From positions 4,110 to 68,109 of the forward strand of contig JAFTMB010000001.1 in assembly GCA_017452605.1 (NCBI GenBank): a stretch of DNA of 64,000 nucleotides, read 5' to 3'. The notes below the pieces were generated by a model, which worked only from the letters and a program-made list of their open reading frames with translations, ran no database searches and was not told the origin of the DNA. Below, piece by piece: positions 10,262 to 19,341 of this stretch. The position numbers and the translations under genes are program-made. How positions within the stretch are numbered: position 1 is the first letter of the stretch; the number at the start of each line of letters is the position of its first letter. This DNA comes from Oscillospiraceae bacterium. GTDB taxonomy: Bacteria > Bacillota > Clostridia > Oscillospirales > Oscillospiraceae.

Positions 10262-11689
10262 ATGGAAAGAAAGATAAGTTTATTCGTCAGCCGTAAAAAC
10301 GCGCTGACATGGCTGATGGCACTTTGCCTGGTCGGCTCGGCAGTGGCCCGCATTGTGATCGCCTGTTTGAAAGGGTCAGGCGACTCGCAGGAAGTGTGGA
10401 GTCAAATCGTTCTGCCTGTTGCAGCCACCTTGCTGTATGTGCTCATCGCTTTATTTAATGGTAAGGAAATGTTTTACAAGACCGCCATTGGGGTCTGGGG
10501 TATGGCCATTTATTACGCCATCCGCCCCCACGCCATTGTAGGCGGCAACGGCTTTGTGCTGGGACTTTACATCGTCTGCCTGCTGTTTTTCTGCCTGGCC
10601 TACACCGCTATCACCAGCGGCAAGGTGCGCTTTGTGTGGCTGCTGGCGGTAATGATGCTGGCTCCCCTGGGCGCCGTTGGCTATCTGTGCCGCCACCTGA
10701 TCTTAAGCGGCATGCCCATTGCAGACGCGCTGATTGCCTGCTCGCCGGATTTGCTGTTCTTTGCAGGTCTTCTCCTGCTCACCTTCGCCATCCGGGTACA
10801 CAGCGACGGCGCTTACCACCCCACCTGGGGTGACCGCAACGATGGCCGAAAAATCAGAACCTTAGCCCCCATGGCCCAGATTACCGCCTACTTCCAGGTG
10901 GAGCGCAACACCTGCACCAACCTGTTTGAAGAGGCCTTTGAAATTACCCACATCGACCGCTACATCCGCCAAAAGCGCAGAGAGGGCTACACCGATTTCG
11001 GCATCACCCATGTGCTGCTGGCTGCTTATGTCCGGGGCATTGCCAAGTATCCCCAGCTGAACCGGTTTATCTCCGGTCAAAAGGTGTACTCCCGGGGCAA
11101 TGACATCCAGTACTGCATGGTCATCAAAAAAGAGATGTCCATTGACTCTCCCGACACCTCCATTAAGGTGCATCTGACTCCCCAGGACACTGCCATTGAT
11201 GTCTACGAAAAGCTGAACGCCGCTGTGGAGCGGGTCAAAGCCACCCAGGAGCTGGACCAGGGCATTGACAATCTGATCATGTACCTGAACATGATTCCCA
11301 GCGTGGTGCTGAAGTTTGTGGTTTGGCTGCTGAAGCTTCTGGATTATTTCGGAATGCTTCCCAAGTTCCTTACGGAGCTGAGCCCCTTCCACGGAAGTCT
11401 GTTCTTTACTTCCATGGGCAGCTTGGGCATTCCCCCTATCTACCACCACCTGTACGACTTCGGCAATATCCCCGCCTTTGGCGCATTCGGCTGCAAGCGG
11501 CGGGCTCTGGAGGTGCTGGAGGATGGCACTGTGGTGCAAAAGAAGTACATCGATGTAAAATTCTGCCTGGATGAGCGAATTGTTGACGGCTATTACTACG
11601 CCACTTTCTTTAAGTACTATCGCCGGCTGCTTGCCCATCCCGAGGTTCTGGACAATCCCCCTGAGGAAGTTGTATCTGATATTGACTGA
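10262..11689 (+). CDS. polytopic membrane domain fused to a 2-oxoacid dehydrogenase E2/CAT-like acyltransferase domain
   Basis: About 6 hydrophobic segments in residues 15-180. The C-terminal part has YPQLNRF, FFTSMGSLG and DERIVDG (cf. E2 DHRxxDG). Confidence 0.65.
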   Translation: MERKISLFVSRKNALTWLMALCLVGSAVARIVIACLKGSGDSQEVWSQIVLPVAATLLYVLIALFNGKEMFYKTAIGVWGMAIYYAIRPHAIVGGNGFVLGLYIVCLLFFCLAYTAITSGKVRFVWLLAVMMLAPLGAVGYLCRHLILSGMPIADALIACSPDLLFFAGLLLLTFAIRVHSDGAYHPTWGDRNDGRKIRTLAPMAQITAYFQVERNTCTNLFEEAFEITHIDRYIRQKRREGYTDFGITHVLLAAYVRGIAKYPQLNRFISGQKVYSRGNDIQYCMVIKKEMSIDSPDTSIKVHLTPQDTAIDVYEKLNAAVERVKATQELDQGIDNLIMYLNMIPSVVLKFVVWLLKLLDYFGMLPKFLTELSPFHGSLFFTSMGSLGIPPIYHHLYDFGNIPAFGAFGCKRRALEVLEDGTVVQKKYIDVKFCLDERIVDGYYYATFFKYYRRLLAHPEVLDNPPEEVVSDID

Positions 11690-12480
11690 TGAAACCTGAA
11701 ATTTTGAACCATCTGCCAGGGACTCACCCCTGGCAGAACCTAATTCACTGGTATGAAGCCATTGACTCCACCAACACTCTGGCAAAGCGCATGATCGCCC
11801 AGGGCGCTCCCCACGGCACTGTCATCATCGCCGACCGGCAGACCCAGGGCCGGGGGCGTATGGGCCGCAGCTTTCAATCCCCTGCCGGATTTGGTGTGTA
11901 TCTGAGCGTCATTCTTCGCTATAACTGCCACCCTGAAGCGCTGATGCACCTGACCTGCGCCGCTGCCGTAGCCATGTGCGACGCTGTGGAGCAGGCTGCC
12001 TCTTTGCGCCCCGGCATTAAGTGGACCAACGATTTGGTGCATAACGGGCGAAAGCTGGGCGGCATTTTGACGGAGCTGGTCATTTCCGAAACGGAAACCG
12101 CCGCAATCGTGGGCATTGGCATCAACTGCAATCAAGCATCCGCAGATTTCAGCCCGGACATCCGGGATTTTGCCGGTTCCCTTTCCATGGCAACCGGAAA
12201 TAACATCCTGCGTCCCCGGCTGATTGCCAGCATGCTTCGCTCCCTTTACGATATGGATTTACATCTGTTTTCCTGCAAGGATATTTTGCTGGAATGCTAT
12301 CGGGAAGACTGCATCACCCTTGGCAAAGAGGTGTCCATTGTTCGCGGAGAGGAAATTCGCCACGGTCATGCTTTGGCGGTTGCCGACGACGGCGGCCTTG
12401 TGGTGAAATTTTCCGACGGAAACACCGAAACCGTCAGCTCCGGAGAAGTCAGTGTCCGGGGTATGTATGGATATGTTTGA
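11689..12480 (+). CDS. birA: biotin--[acetyl-CoA carboxylase] ligase without an N-terminal HTH
   Basis: DSTN, QTQGRGRMGR, IKWTND, KLGGILTE, GIGIN, SGEVS. Confidence 0.93.
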   Translation: MKPEILNHLPGTHPWQNLIHWYEAIDSTNTLAKRMIAQGAPHGTVIIADRQTQGRGRMGRSFQSPAGFGVYLSVILRYNCHPEALMHLTCAAAVAMCDAVEQAASLRPGIKWTNDLVHNGRKLGGILTELVISETETAAIVGIGINCNQASADFSPDIRDFAGSLSMATGNNILRPRLIASMLRSLYDMDLHLFSCKDILLECYREDCITLGKEVSIVRGEEIRHGHALAVADDGGLVVKFSDGNTETVSSGEVSVRGMYGYV

Positions 12481-12560
12481 CAAAAATCGGGGTTGCTTTT
12501 TCCTGAATAATTGGGTATACTGAAATCGGAACTATATATAAGAAACGGAGGATCGTTTTT

Positions 12561-12848
12561 ATGAAGGCTGTAAATGTGATTGTAAAAGTAGTCATTGCCC
12601 TGGCCGCTGTTGCAGGCGTTGTCTACATTGCTGCTACCTATGGCGACAAAATCGTCGCTTGGGCCAAGAACCTGCTGGGCAAGTGCCAGTGCTGCTGCGG
12701 TGACGACTGCCAGTGCGACTGTGATTGCGATTGCGACGAGTGCGATTGCGAGGGTGATTGCAACAACTGTGATTGCAGCTGCCCCTGCGACGATGAAGCT
12801 CCCGCAGAAGTCGAGGCTGAAGTCAGCGAGCAGGATTTTGAAGGCTGA
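12561..12848 (+). CDS. small membrane-anchored Cys/Asp-rich (metallothionein-like) protein
   Basis: GGAGG SD, TTGCTT-17-TATACT promoter, N-terminal hydrophobic helix, 16 Cys in 35 residues, downstream terminator. Confidence 0.8.
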   Translation: MKAVNVIVKVVIALAAVAGVVYIAATYGDKIVAWAKNLLGKCQCCCGDDCQCDCDCDCDECDCEGDCNNCDCSCPCDDEAPAEVEAEVSEQDFEG

Positions 12849-12865
12849 TCCCAAAACATAAACAC

Positions 12866-12902
12866 ATCGCCCGGCGCCAAATTTGGCGTCGGGCGATTTT
12901 TC
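12866..12902. terminator. terminator between the Cys-rich gene and pepT
   Basis: ATCGCCCGGCGCCAAA/TTTGGCGTCGGGCGAT followed by a T run. Confidence 0.75.
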
Positions 12903-12904
12903 TT

Positions 12905-14110
12905 TTAATTTGTGTCCTGAATGATGCCAATGAGCATCTGCACGCATTTTTCCATATCCTCTACCGGGATATATTCAAACCGGCCGTGGTAGTTGGCTCC
13001 GCCGGTGCAAAGATTCGGGCAGGACAAACCCTCGTAGGAAAGCCGCGCGCCGTCGGTGCCGCCCCGAATGGGGGCTTCCTTAGGCTCCATGCCGGCAGCA
13101 ATCATGGCCTTTTTCGCCCGGTCTACAATGTGCATACAAGGTTCAATGCACTGCTTCATGTTAAAGTAACTGTCAGAAATGGCAAGCTCTACTCTGCCAT
13201 CTCCATATTTCCGGTTTAAGAAGTCCGCCGCTGCCACCATGACCGCTTTCTTCTCCTGCAGCTTATCCAGGTCGTGGTCACGGAGAATGTAGCGCAGGGT
13301 GGTTTTCTCCACCTCGCCTTCCATGTCGGTCAGGTGGATAAAGCCCTCGTAGCCTTCGGTATGCTCCGGCCGCTGGGCAGCGGGCAGCAGGCTTTGGAAT
13401 TCCATGGCCAGGTACTGGGAGTTCACCATTTTATCCTTGGCTGCGCCGGGGTGAATGTTCAGGCCATGGAATGTGACCACAGCGCCGGCGGCATTGAAGT
13501 TTTCGTATTCTATTTCGCCCAAAGTGCCGCCGTCGGCAGTGTAGGCAAAGTCAGCGCCAAAACCCTTTACATCAAACAAGTCCGCGCCGCGGCCGATTTC
13601 CTCGTCGGGGGTAAAGCCGATTTTCAAGGTAGCGTGGCGGCTCTTCACCTTAATAAGATGCTCCGCCGCAGTCATAATTTCCGCAATGCCTGCCTTATCG
13701 TCAGCACCCAGCAGGGTGGTTCCATCGGTAACCACCAGACGCTTTCCCCGGTGGTTTGCAAGGGCAGGATAGTCCTTTTCCCGCAGCCACAGATTCTTTT
13801 CCTCATTTAAGCACACATCGCCGCCGCTGTAAGGCACAACTCTGGCCTTAACATCCGCACCGGAGGCATCGGGAGAAGTGTCCATGTGGGCAATCAGGCC
13901 GATGGTGGGCAGAGCCGGGTCGCCGGGAACGGTGCCGTAAACATAGCCATTGGCATCCATATAGGCATCCAAAATGCCCATTTCCAGCATTTCCTCCACC
14001 AGCGCGGCGCCCAGCAGCTTTTGCTTACCGGTAGACGGGCAGCTGGGACTTTCTTCGTCGGACTGGGTGTCAAAGGAAACATATTTCAAAAAGCGGTCTA
14101 ACACATTCAT
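12905..14110 (-). CDS. pepT: tripeptide aminopeptidase (peptidase T)
   Basis: IAHMDTS, TDGTTLLGADDKAG, FTPDEEIGRG, IRGGTDG, NYHG. Confidence 0.96.
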   Translation of the reverse strand: MNVLDRFLKYVSFDTQSDEESPSCPSTGKQKLLGAALVEEMLEMGILDAYMDANGYVYGTVPGDPALPTIGLIAHMDTSPDASGADVKARVVPYSGGDVCLNEEKNLWLREKDYPALANHRGKRLVVTDGTTLLGADDKAGIAEIMTAAEHLIKVKSRHATLKIGFTPDEEIGRGADLFDVKGFGADFAYTADGGTLGEIEYENFNAAGAVVTFHGLNIHPGAAKDKMVNSQYLAMEFQSLLPAAQRPEHTEGYEGFIHLTDMEGEVEKTTLRYILRDHDLDKLQEKKAVMVAAADFLNRKYGDGRVELAISDSYFNMKQCIEPCMHIVDRAKKAMIAAGMEPKEAPIRGGTDGARLSYEGLSCPNLCTGGANYHGRFEYIPVEDMEKCVQMLIGIIQDTN

Positions 14111-14125
14111 AGCGTTTCTCCTTCT

Positions 14126-14156
14126 AAAAAAGCCGCCGCAATAGCGGCGGCTTTTT
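14126..14156 (-). terminator. intrinsic terminator after ackA
   Basis: AAAAAAGCCGCCGC-AATA-GCGGCGGCTTTTT. Confidence 0.8.
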
Positions 14157-14168
14157 ATCTTTTCTTAC

Positions 14169-15359
14169 TTACTTGGCAGCGTTGACCAGCTCAGCAGTAT
14201 CCTGAGCGATCATCAGCTCTTCATTGGTGGGAACAACCCAAACCTGAACCTTGGAATCGGGAGTGGAAATCATCATTTCCTTGCCCCGCTTGCCATTGAG
14301 CTCAGGATCGATCTTGACGCCCATGAAGCTGAGGTAGTCACAGATGGTAGCGCGAACATTGACGTCGTTCTCGCCTACGCCTGCGGTGAAGGTCAGCACA
14401 TCAATGCCGTTGAGGGCAGCGGCGTAAGCGCCGACATACTTGGCAACCTCGTAGCAGAACTTATCCCGGGCCAGAGCGCAGTTTTCGTCGCCCTTCTTGG
14501 CGCCGTCTTCCAAGTCACGGAAGTCGGAGGAGATGCCGGACAGAGCCAGCATACCGGACTTCTTGTTGAGCATATTCAGGCAATCGTCCACGCTCATGCC
14601 GTACTTGTTGCAGATGAACTGCACCACGCAGGCGTCAATGTCACCGGAACGGGTACCCATAGGCACACCTGCCAGAGGAGACAGGCCCATGGTGGTATCC
14701 TGGCACTTGCCGTCCTTGATAGCGGACATGGAAGAGCCGTTGCCCAGGTGGCAGTTGACCATCTTGAACTCAGTCTTGCCGACCAGTTCAGCGGTACGGC
14801 GGGCAACATACTTGTGGGAAGTGCCGTGGAAGCCGTCGCGGCGGATGGAGGCGTTCTCGTCGTACTCCGTGGGGATGGCGTAGCGGTAAGCCTTGGGAGG
14901 CATGGTCATGTGGAAAGCGGTGTCGAACACAGCCACCTGAGGAGTCTTGGGCATAACCTGCTGGCAGGCGCGGATGCCCATCAGGTTGGCAGGGTTATGC
15001 AGGGGGCCCAGGGGGATGCACTTTTCGATGGCGGCGATAACCTCGTCGTCAATGATGCAGGAGGCAAAGAATTCCATGCCGCCGTGGAGGACGCGATGGC
15101 CAACAGCGTCGATTTCGTCAACACTCTTGATAACACCGTGCTCGGGATCCACCAGAATTTCCAGAACCGCCTGAATGGCTTCGCTGTGGGTGGGCATGGG
15201 GATATTCTTCTCCACCTTGTTGTCACCGACCTTGTGGGTCAGACGGCCGTCGATGTAGATACGCTCGCACAGGCCCTTTGCGGATACATCGCCGGTTTCG
15301 GGGTTCATCAGCTGATACTTCAGGCTGGAGCTGCCGGCGTTGATAACCAAAACATTCAT
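14169..15359 (-). CDS. ackA: acetate kinase
   Basis: VINAGSSSLK, GHRVLHGG, PLHNP, FDTAFH, GFHGTSH, HLGNG, TNEELMIA. Confidence 0.97.
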   Translation of the reverse strand: MNVLVINAGSSSLKYQLMNPETGDVSAKGLCERIYIDGRLTHKVGDNKVEKNIPMPTHSEAIQAVLEILVDPEHGVIKSVDEIDAVGHRVLHGGMEFFASCIIDDEVIAAIEKCIPLGPLHNPANLMGIRACQQVMPKTPQVAVFDTAFHMTMPPKAYRYAIPTEYDENASIRRDGFHGTSHKYVARRTAELVGKTEFKMVNCHLGNGSSMSAIKDGKCQDTTMGLSPLAGVPMGTRSGDIDACVVQFICNKYGMSVDDCLNMLNKKSGMLALSGISSDFRDLEDGAKKGDENCALARDKFCYEVAKYVGAYAAALNGIDVLTFTAGVGENDVNVRATICDYLSFMGVKIDPELNGKRGKEMMISTPDSKVQVWVVPTNEELMIAQDTAELVNAAK

Positions 15360-15497
15360 TGGAATAGCCTCCTAAAAATAATAGTTTCTTTTTTTTAACT
15401 TTGTGGTATGATAGCCATAGCTAAAGTTATTTTATCTCATTTATTCCAAATTCTCAACCCCTGAAAAGGAAAATTTTCGTAAAAAGGAGGGCTTTTT

Positions 15498-16643
15498 TTG
15501 AAAATCGTCGGTATCGTCTGCGAATACAACCCATTTCATTTGGGTCATAAAAAACAAATCGACCGCATCCGCCAAAAATTCGGCAGCGATTGCGCCATTG
15601 TGTGCCTGATGAGCGGCAACTTCGTGCAGCGGGGCGAGCCGGCTGTTTTTGACAAAGCCTGCCGGGCAGAGGCTGCCCTGCTTTCCGGGGCGGACCTGGT
15701 GCTGGAGCTGCCGATTACCGCCTGCCTATCCTCGGCGGAGGGCTTTGCCGCCGGGGGCGTAGCCATTGCTTCCCAGATTTGTGACTACCTCTGCTTCGGT
15801 GCGGAGTCGGGCACTGTGGAAAGCTTAAGGGAAACCGCCGCCGCACTGCTGAGCGATGCCTTCCCGCCACTGCTGCGCCGTCATTTGGACTCTGGGATCT
15901 CCTTCCCTGCCGCCCGGCAAAAAGCGCTGCAGGATATGGGGGTTGACGGACAGCTTTTGGAAAATCCCAACGACATTTTGGCTGTGGAATACTGCAAGGC
16001 AATCGCCGCCCAAGATTCTCCTCTTCAGCCCATGCCCATTCTTCGCCAGGGCAGCTACCACGCTTCCGATGCTGACCCGGAAAACCCCTCCGCCACCGCT
16101 TTGCGGAATTTGATTGCCCGGGATAAAGACTGGCTTTCCTATGCGCCGAAAGAAGCGCACCCCGCCTTTCAGGGCGCAAAGGTTCACACCCTTGCTGCCG
16201 GAGAATTGGCCATGCTCTTCCGGCTTCGCAGCATGGAAGATGAGGAATTTGAGGCCCTCCCCTACGGCTCTGAGGGCTTATGGCGGAAGCTGATGCACGA
16301 GTGCCGCAGCCAGGACACTTTGGAAAACATCCTCACCGCCGTGAAATCCAAGCGCTACACCCGCGCCAGACTCAACCGCATGGTGATGTGCGCTTACTTA
16401 GGCATCACCCAGGAAATGCTCAACGTCCCTGCGCCCTACATTAGAGTCCTGGGCCTGCGGGAAACCGGCAGAGAAATCCTGAAAAAGGCCAGAAAAACAG
16501 GCCTTTTCCTCCACACCGGCGAAAGCGCTGACCACCCTTATTGGCTCTTGGAGCAGAAGTGGTCGGATCTATACGGTCTGTTTGCCGAAAACCAGCCCGA
16601 CTGCCCCGGCTTGGAACCCCAAAGACGACTTTGCATCCGATAA
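15498..16643 (+). CDS. tmcAL: tRNA(Met) cytidine acetate ligase (YlbM nucleotidyltransferase)
   Basis: EYNPFHLGH, MSGNFVQRGEPA, PNDILAVEY, SATALR, KSKRYT. Confidence 0.9.
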   Translation: MKIVGIVCEYNPFHLGHKKQIDRIRQKFGSDCAIVCLMSGNFVQRGEPAVFDKACRAEAALLSGADLVLELPITACLSSAEGFAAGGVAIASQICDYLCFGAESGTVESLRETAAALLSDAFPPLLRRHLDSGISFPAARQKALQDMGVDGQLLENPNDILAVEYCKAIAAQDSPLQPMPILRQGSYHASDADPENPSATALRNLIARDKDWLSYAPKEAHPAFQGAKVHTLAAGELAMLFRLRSMEDEEFEALPYGSEGLWRKLMHECRSQDTLENILTAVKSKRYTRARLNRMVMCAYLGITQEMLNVPAPYIRVLGLRETGREILKKARKTGLFLHTGESADHPYWLLEQKWSDLYGLFAENQPDCPGLEPQRRLCIR

Positions 16644-16654
16644 AAAACCGCGCT

Positions 16655-18028
16655 TTACAGCGCGGTTTTCTTTTTTGTCGCGTAATCCTTTGTCAGCCGG
16701 GCAAGGGTCGGACTCAGCGCCAGCAAGGCAATCAAATTGGGGATTGCCATCAGGCCGTTGACAATTTCCGACAGCAACCACACCGTCCCGGTTTCCAGCG
16801 CCGCGCTGATCACCACCGTCACCGCCTGCAGATACACGAATTTTTTCCAGCACCCCGGGCCGAACAGATACTGGGCGCACCGGGCACCGTACAGCCCCCA
16901 CCCCAGCACTGTGGCAAAGGCGAAGCAGCACAGCGCCGCGGCAATCACCACCGACACCCAATCTCCGCAGACGGCGGAAAAGGCCTGGGTGGTCAGCGCC
17001 ACCCCCACATCCTCGCCGTAAGGCACTGCAACGCCGCTGACCAAGATCACCAGCGCTGTCATGGTGCAAATCACCACGGTGTCCAAAAACACTTCCATAA
17101 TTCCCATCACTCCCTGCTGGGCAGGGTGGGCAACATCCGCCCCGGCGTGGGCGATGGAAGCCGTTCCCATGCCCGCTTCGTTGGTAAACACCCCTCGGGA
17201 AACCCCAACGCGCATACTGGTAAACACAGACCCTATCACCCCGCCGGTAACCGCCCGGGGAGAAAACGCCCCCTGGACGATACTTCCCAGGGCCGGCAAA
17301 ATTGACTCAGCCCGGGCAATCAGAACCACTGCCCCCAAAAGCAAATATGCCGCTGACGCAAACGGCACCAATCGCTCCGCCACCAGGCCAATCCGCCTTG
17401 CCCCTCCCAAAAGCATGGCGGCAATGACAACAGCCAAACCAACGCCCATTAGCAGATTTCCCTCCCGGCTGGCGGCGCCGCCAAAGGAAATCACCGCCTG
17501 GTTGACCCCGGTAATGACCGCGTTGATTTGGGTGGCATTCCCCACCCCAAAGGCAGCTACGACGCCGAAAAAGCTGTAAATTCCAGCAAGAAACCGCCAG
17601 CGTTTTCTCATCCCCCGGGAAATCATGTACATAGGGCCGCCCACGTATTCGCCCTTTTCTTTTACCCGGAAATGCACCGCCAGGGTGGCCTCCGCAAATT
17701 TAATCGCCATGCCCAAAAAGGCGCAAATCCACATCCAGAATAGGGTTCCCGGGCCGCCGATGGCTATGGCCCCGGCAACCCCCGCCAGATTCCCGGTGCC
17801 TACCGTAGCCGCCAGGGCGGTACATAAGGCCTGAAAGGGGCTGACACCGTCATTCCTTTTTTCCTTTTTCCCGGAAAACTGGGAGAAAAAATCCTTAAGC
17901 GCTCTGGGAAACAGCCGCAGCTGCACGCACCTGGTGCGAACCGTGAGGAAAATCCCCACCCCCAGAATCAGCACAAGCGCAGGCGCGCCCCAAACAAGCT
18001 GATTGATTTTCTGCAATACATCCAACAT
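16655..18028 (-). CDS. alanine/glycine:cation symporter (AgcS/AlsT family)
   Basis: LAATVGTGNLAGVA, GGPG, GGPMY, RGVFTNEAGMGT. ATG at 18028 has a GGGAG SD. Confidence 0.93.
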   Translation of the reverse strand: MLDVLQKINQLVWGAPALVLILGVGIFLTVRTRCVQLRLFPRALKDFFSQFSGKKEKRNDGVSPFQALCTALAATVGTGNLAGVAGAIAIGGPGTLFWMWICAFLGMAIKFAEATLAVHFRVKEKGEYVGGPMYMISRGMRKRWRFLAGIYSFFGVVAAFGVGNATQINAVITGVNQAVISFGGAASREGNLLMGVGLAVVIAAMLLGGARRIGLVAERLVPFASAAYLLLGAVVLIARAESILPALGSIVQGAFSPRAVTGGVIGSVFTSMRVGVSRGVFTNEAGMGTASIAHAGADVAHPAQQGVMGIMEVFLDTVVICTMTALVILVSGVAVPYGEDVGVALTTQAFSAVCGDWVSVVIAAALCCFAFATVLGWGLYGARCAQYLFGPGCWKKFVYLQAVTVVISAALETGTVWLLSEIVNGLMAIPNLIALLALSPTLARLTKDYATKKKTAL

Positions 18029-18050
18029 ACCATGCTCCCATCCCAACAAA

Positions 18051-18082
18051 AAAAGCAGCCTCTGATTTTCAGAAGCTGCTTT
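18051..18082 (-). terminator. intrinsic terminator after the ArsC-family gene
   Basis: AAAGCAGCTTCTGA-AAA-TCAGAGGCTGCTTTTTTT on the minus strand. Confidence 0.75.
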
Positions 18083-18093
18083 CGTAATCTTAT

Positions 18094-18435
18094 TCACTTC
18101 CAGGTGGCCCAGATTTCCGGGCAATAACCCACTGTCGCCTGCTTTCCGTTGCGGACAACCGGGGTTTTCGCCAGAGCCGGGTCATCGAAGACCTTGTCTT
18201 CCTTGGCCCTAGGGTCGTCCATGTACTTCATAAGGGTAATATCCGGGGATTTTCCCTCCCAGTCGATGAGCTTGTCAACGCCGCCCACAGCGGATAAAAT
18301 ACTGTCAAACTCCCGGGGCGCGAAGCCGTAACGCTTCAAATCAATCATTTGGTAAGGGATTCTCCGCTCCTTGAAGTAGCGCTCCGCTTTTTTCGTGTCA
18401 AAGCATTTGCTTTTTCCGAATATCTGAATGTTCAA
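18094..18435 (-). CDS. ArsC/Spx-family protein
   Basis: NIQIFGKSKCFDTKKAERYFKER, KTPVVRNG. TTG start with GGAGG SD overlaps the truA stop. Confidence 0.85.
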   Translation of the reverse strand: MNIQIFGKSKCFDTKKAERYFKERRIPYQMIDLKRYGFAPREFDSILSAVGGVDKLIDWEGKSPDITLMKYMDDPRAKEDKVFDDPALAKTPVVRNGKQATVGYCPEIWATWK

Positions 18436-19166
18436 TAGTTTACCTCCATCAGGCAAAGCCCCTGGGCGGGAACCAAATAGCCTGCTTTCTCCCGTTTTTC
18501 GCCAAAAAGCTGAGGGATGCTTTCCGGGGTTCTTTCCCCTCTGCCGACCTCAATCAATGTGCCCACCAGAATGCGAACCATGTTGTAAAGGAAGCCGTTT
18601 CCGGTGACGGTGACGGTAATTTCCTCCCCATGGCGGCGGACGGTGAGGGCATCAATGCGGCGAAGGGTGGATTTTTTCATTTTCTTATTGGCACAGAAAG
18701 CGGAAAAATCATGCTCGCCCAAAAAGGCCTCCGCAGCCTGCTCCATTTTGGAAACATCCAGCTTGTCTGTCAGCCGATAGACATACCGCCTGTCAAAAAC
18801 GCAGGGGCTTTCGCTGTTCCAAATTCGGTAGCAGTAGGTTTTATCCTTGGCGTTCAGCCTTGCGTGAAATCTGGGAGCTGCCTCTTCACAGGAATATATG
18901 CCGATATCCTCGGGTAAATACGTCCGAAGCTGGGAAAGAATTTCTCCGCAGGGCATATCGCTTTCCGTATGAAAGCTTGCCACCTGATGCTTGGCATGGG
19001 CGCCGGCATCGGTACGGCCGCTGCCGGATACCTCAATGGCTTCGCCCAAAATTCTGGACAGCGTCTGCTCCAGCTTGCCCTGAATGGTATTTTCCACACC
19101 CGCAAGCCTTTGCCAGCCCTTGTACCGGGTGCCGTCGTAGCACATATCAAGCCGCAAATTCCTCAT
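18432..19166 (-). CDS. truA: tRNA pseudouridine(38-40) synthase
   Basis: YDGTRYKGWQ, GSGRTDAGAHA, FHAR, GEHDFSAF, GFLYNMVR. Confidence 0.95.
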   Translation of the reverse strand: MRNLRLDMCYDGTRYKGWQRLAGVENTIQGKLEQTLSRILGEAIEVSGSGRTDAGAHAKHQVASFHTESDMPCGEILSQLRTYLPEDIGIYSCEEAAPRFHARLNAKDKTYCYRIWNSESPCVFDRRYVYRLTDKLDVSKMEQAAEAFLGEHDFSAFCANKKMKKSTLRRIDALTVRRHGEEITVTVTGNGFLYNMVRILVGTLIEVGRGERTPESIPQLFGEKREKAGYLVPAQGLCLMEVNY

Positions 19167-19275
19167 AGCTTTCCAGTTCCTCTCTGGCTTCCCGCTCACT
19201 GTCGGCAGAAAACAGGAAGTTTCCCTTTCCGTCATACACCTGAATGTGTCCGCGGACATTTCGAATAGTATACAT
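19147..19275 (-). CDS. 42-aa small protein absent from the ORF track
   Basis: AAAGGGTGA SD, then MYTIRNVRGHIQVYDGKGNFLFSADSEREAREELESYEEFAA*. It fills the copA-truA gap and overlaps the truA start by 20 nt. Confidence 0.7.
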   Translation of the reverse strand: MYTIRNVRGHIQVYDGKGNFLFSADSEREAREELESYEEFAA

Positions 19276-19341
19276 TGCCTTCACCCTTTCTTGGTTTCTG
19301 GCAATACTGTATCAAAGTAAATGTCCGTTAAAGCGTACCTT

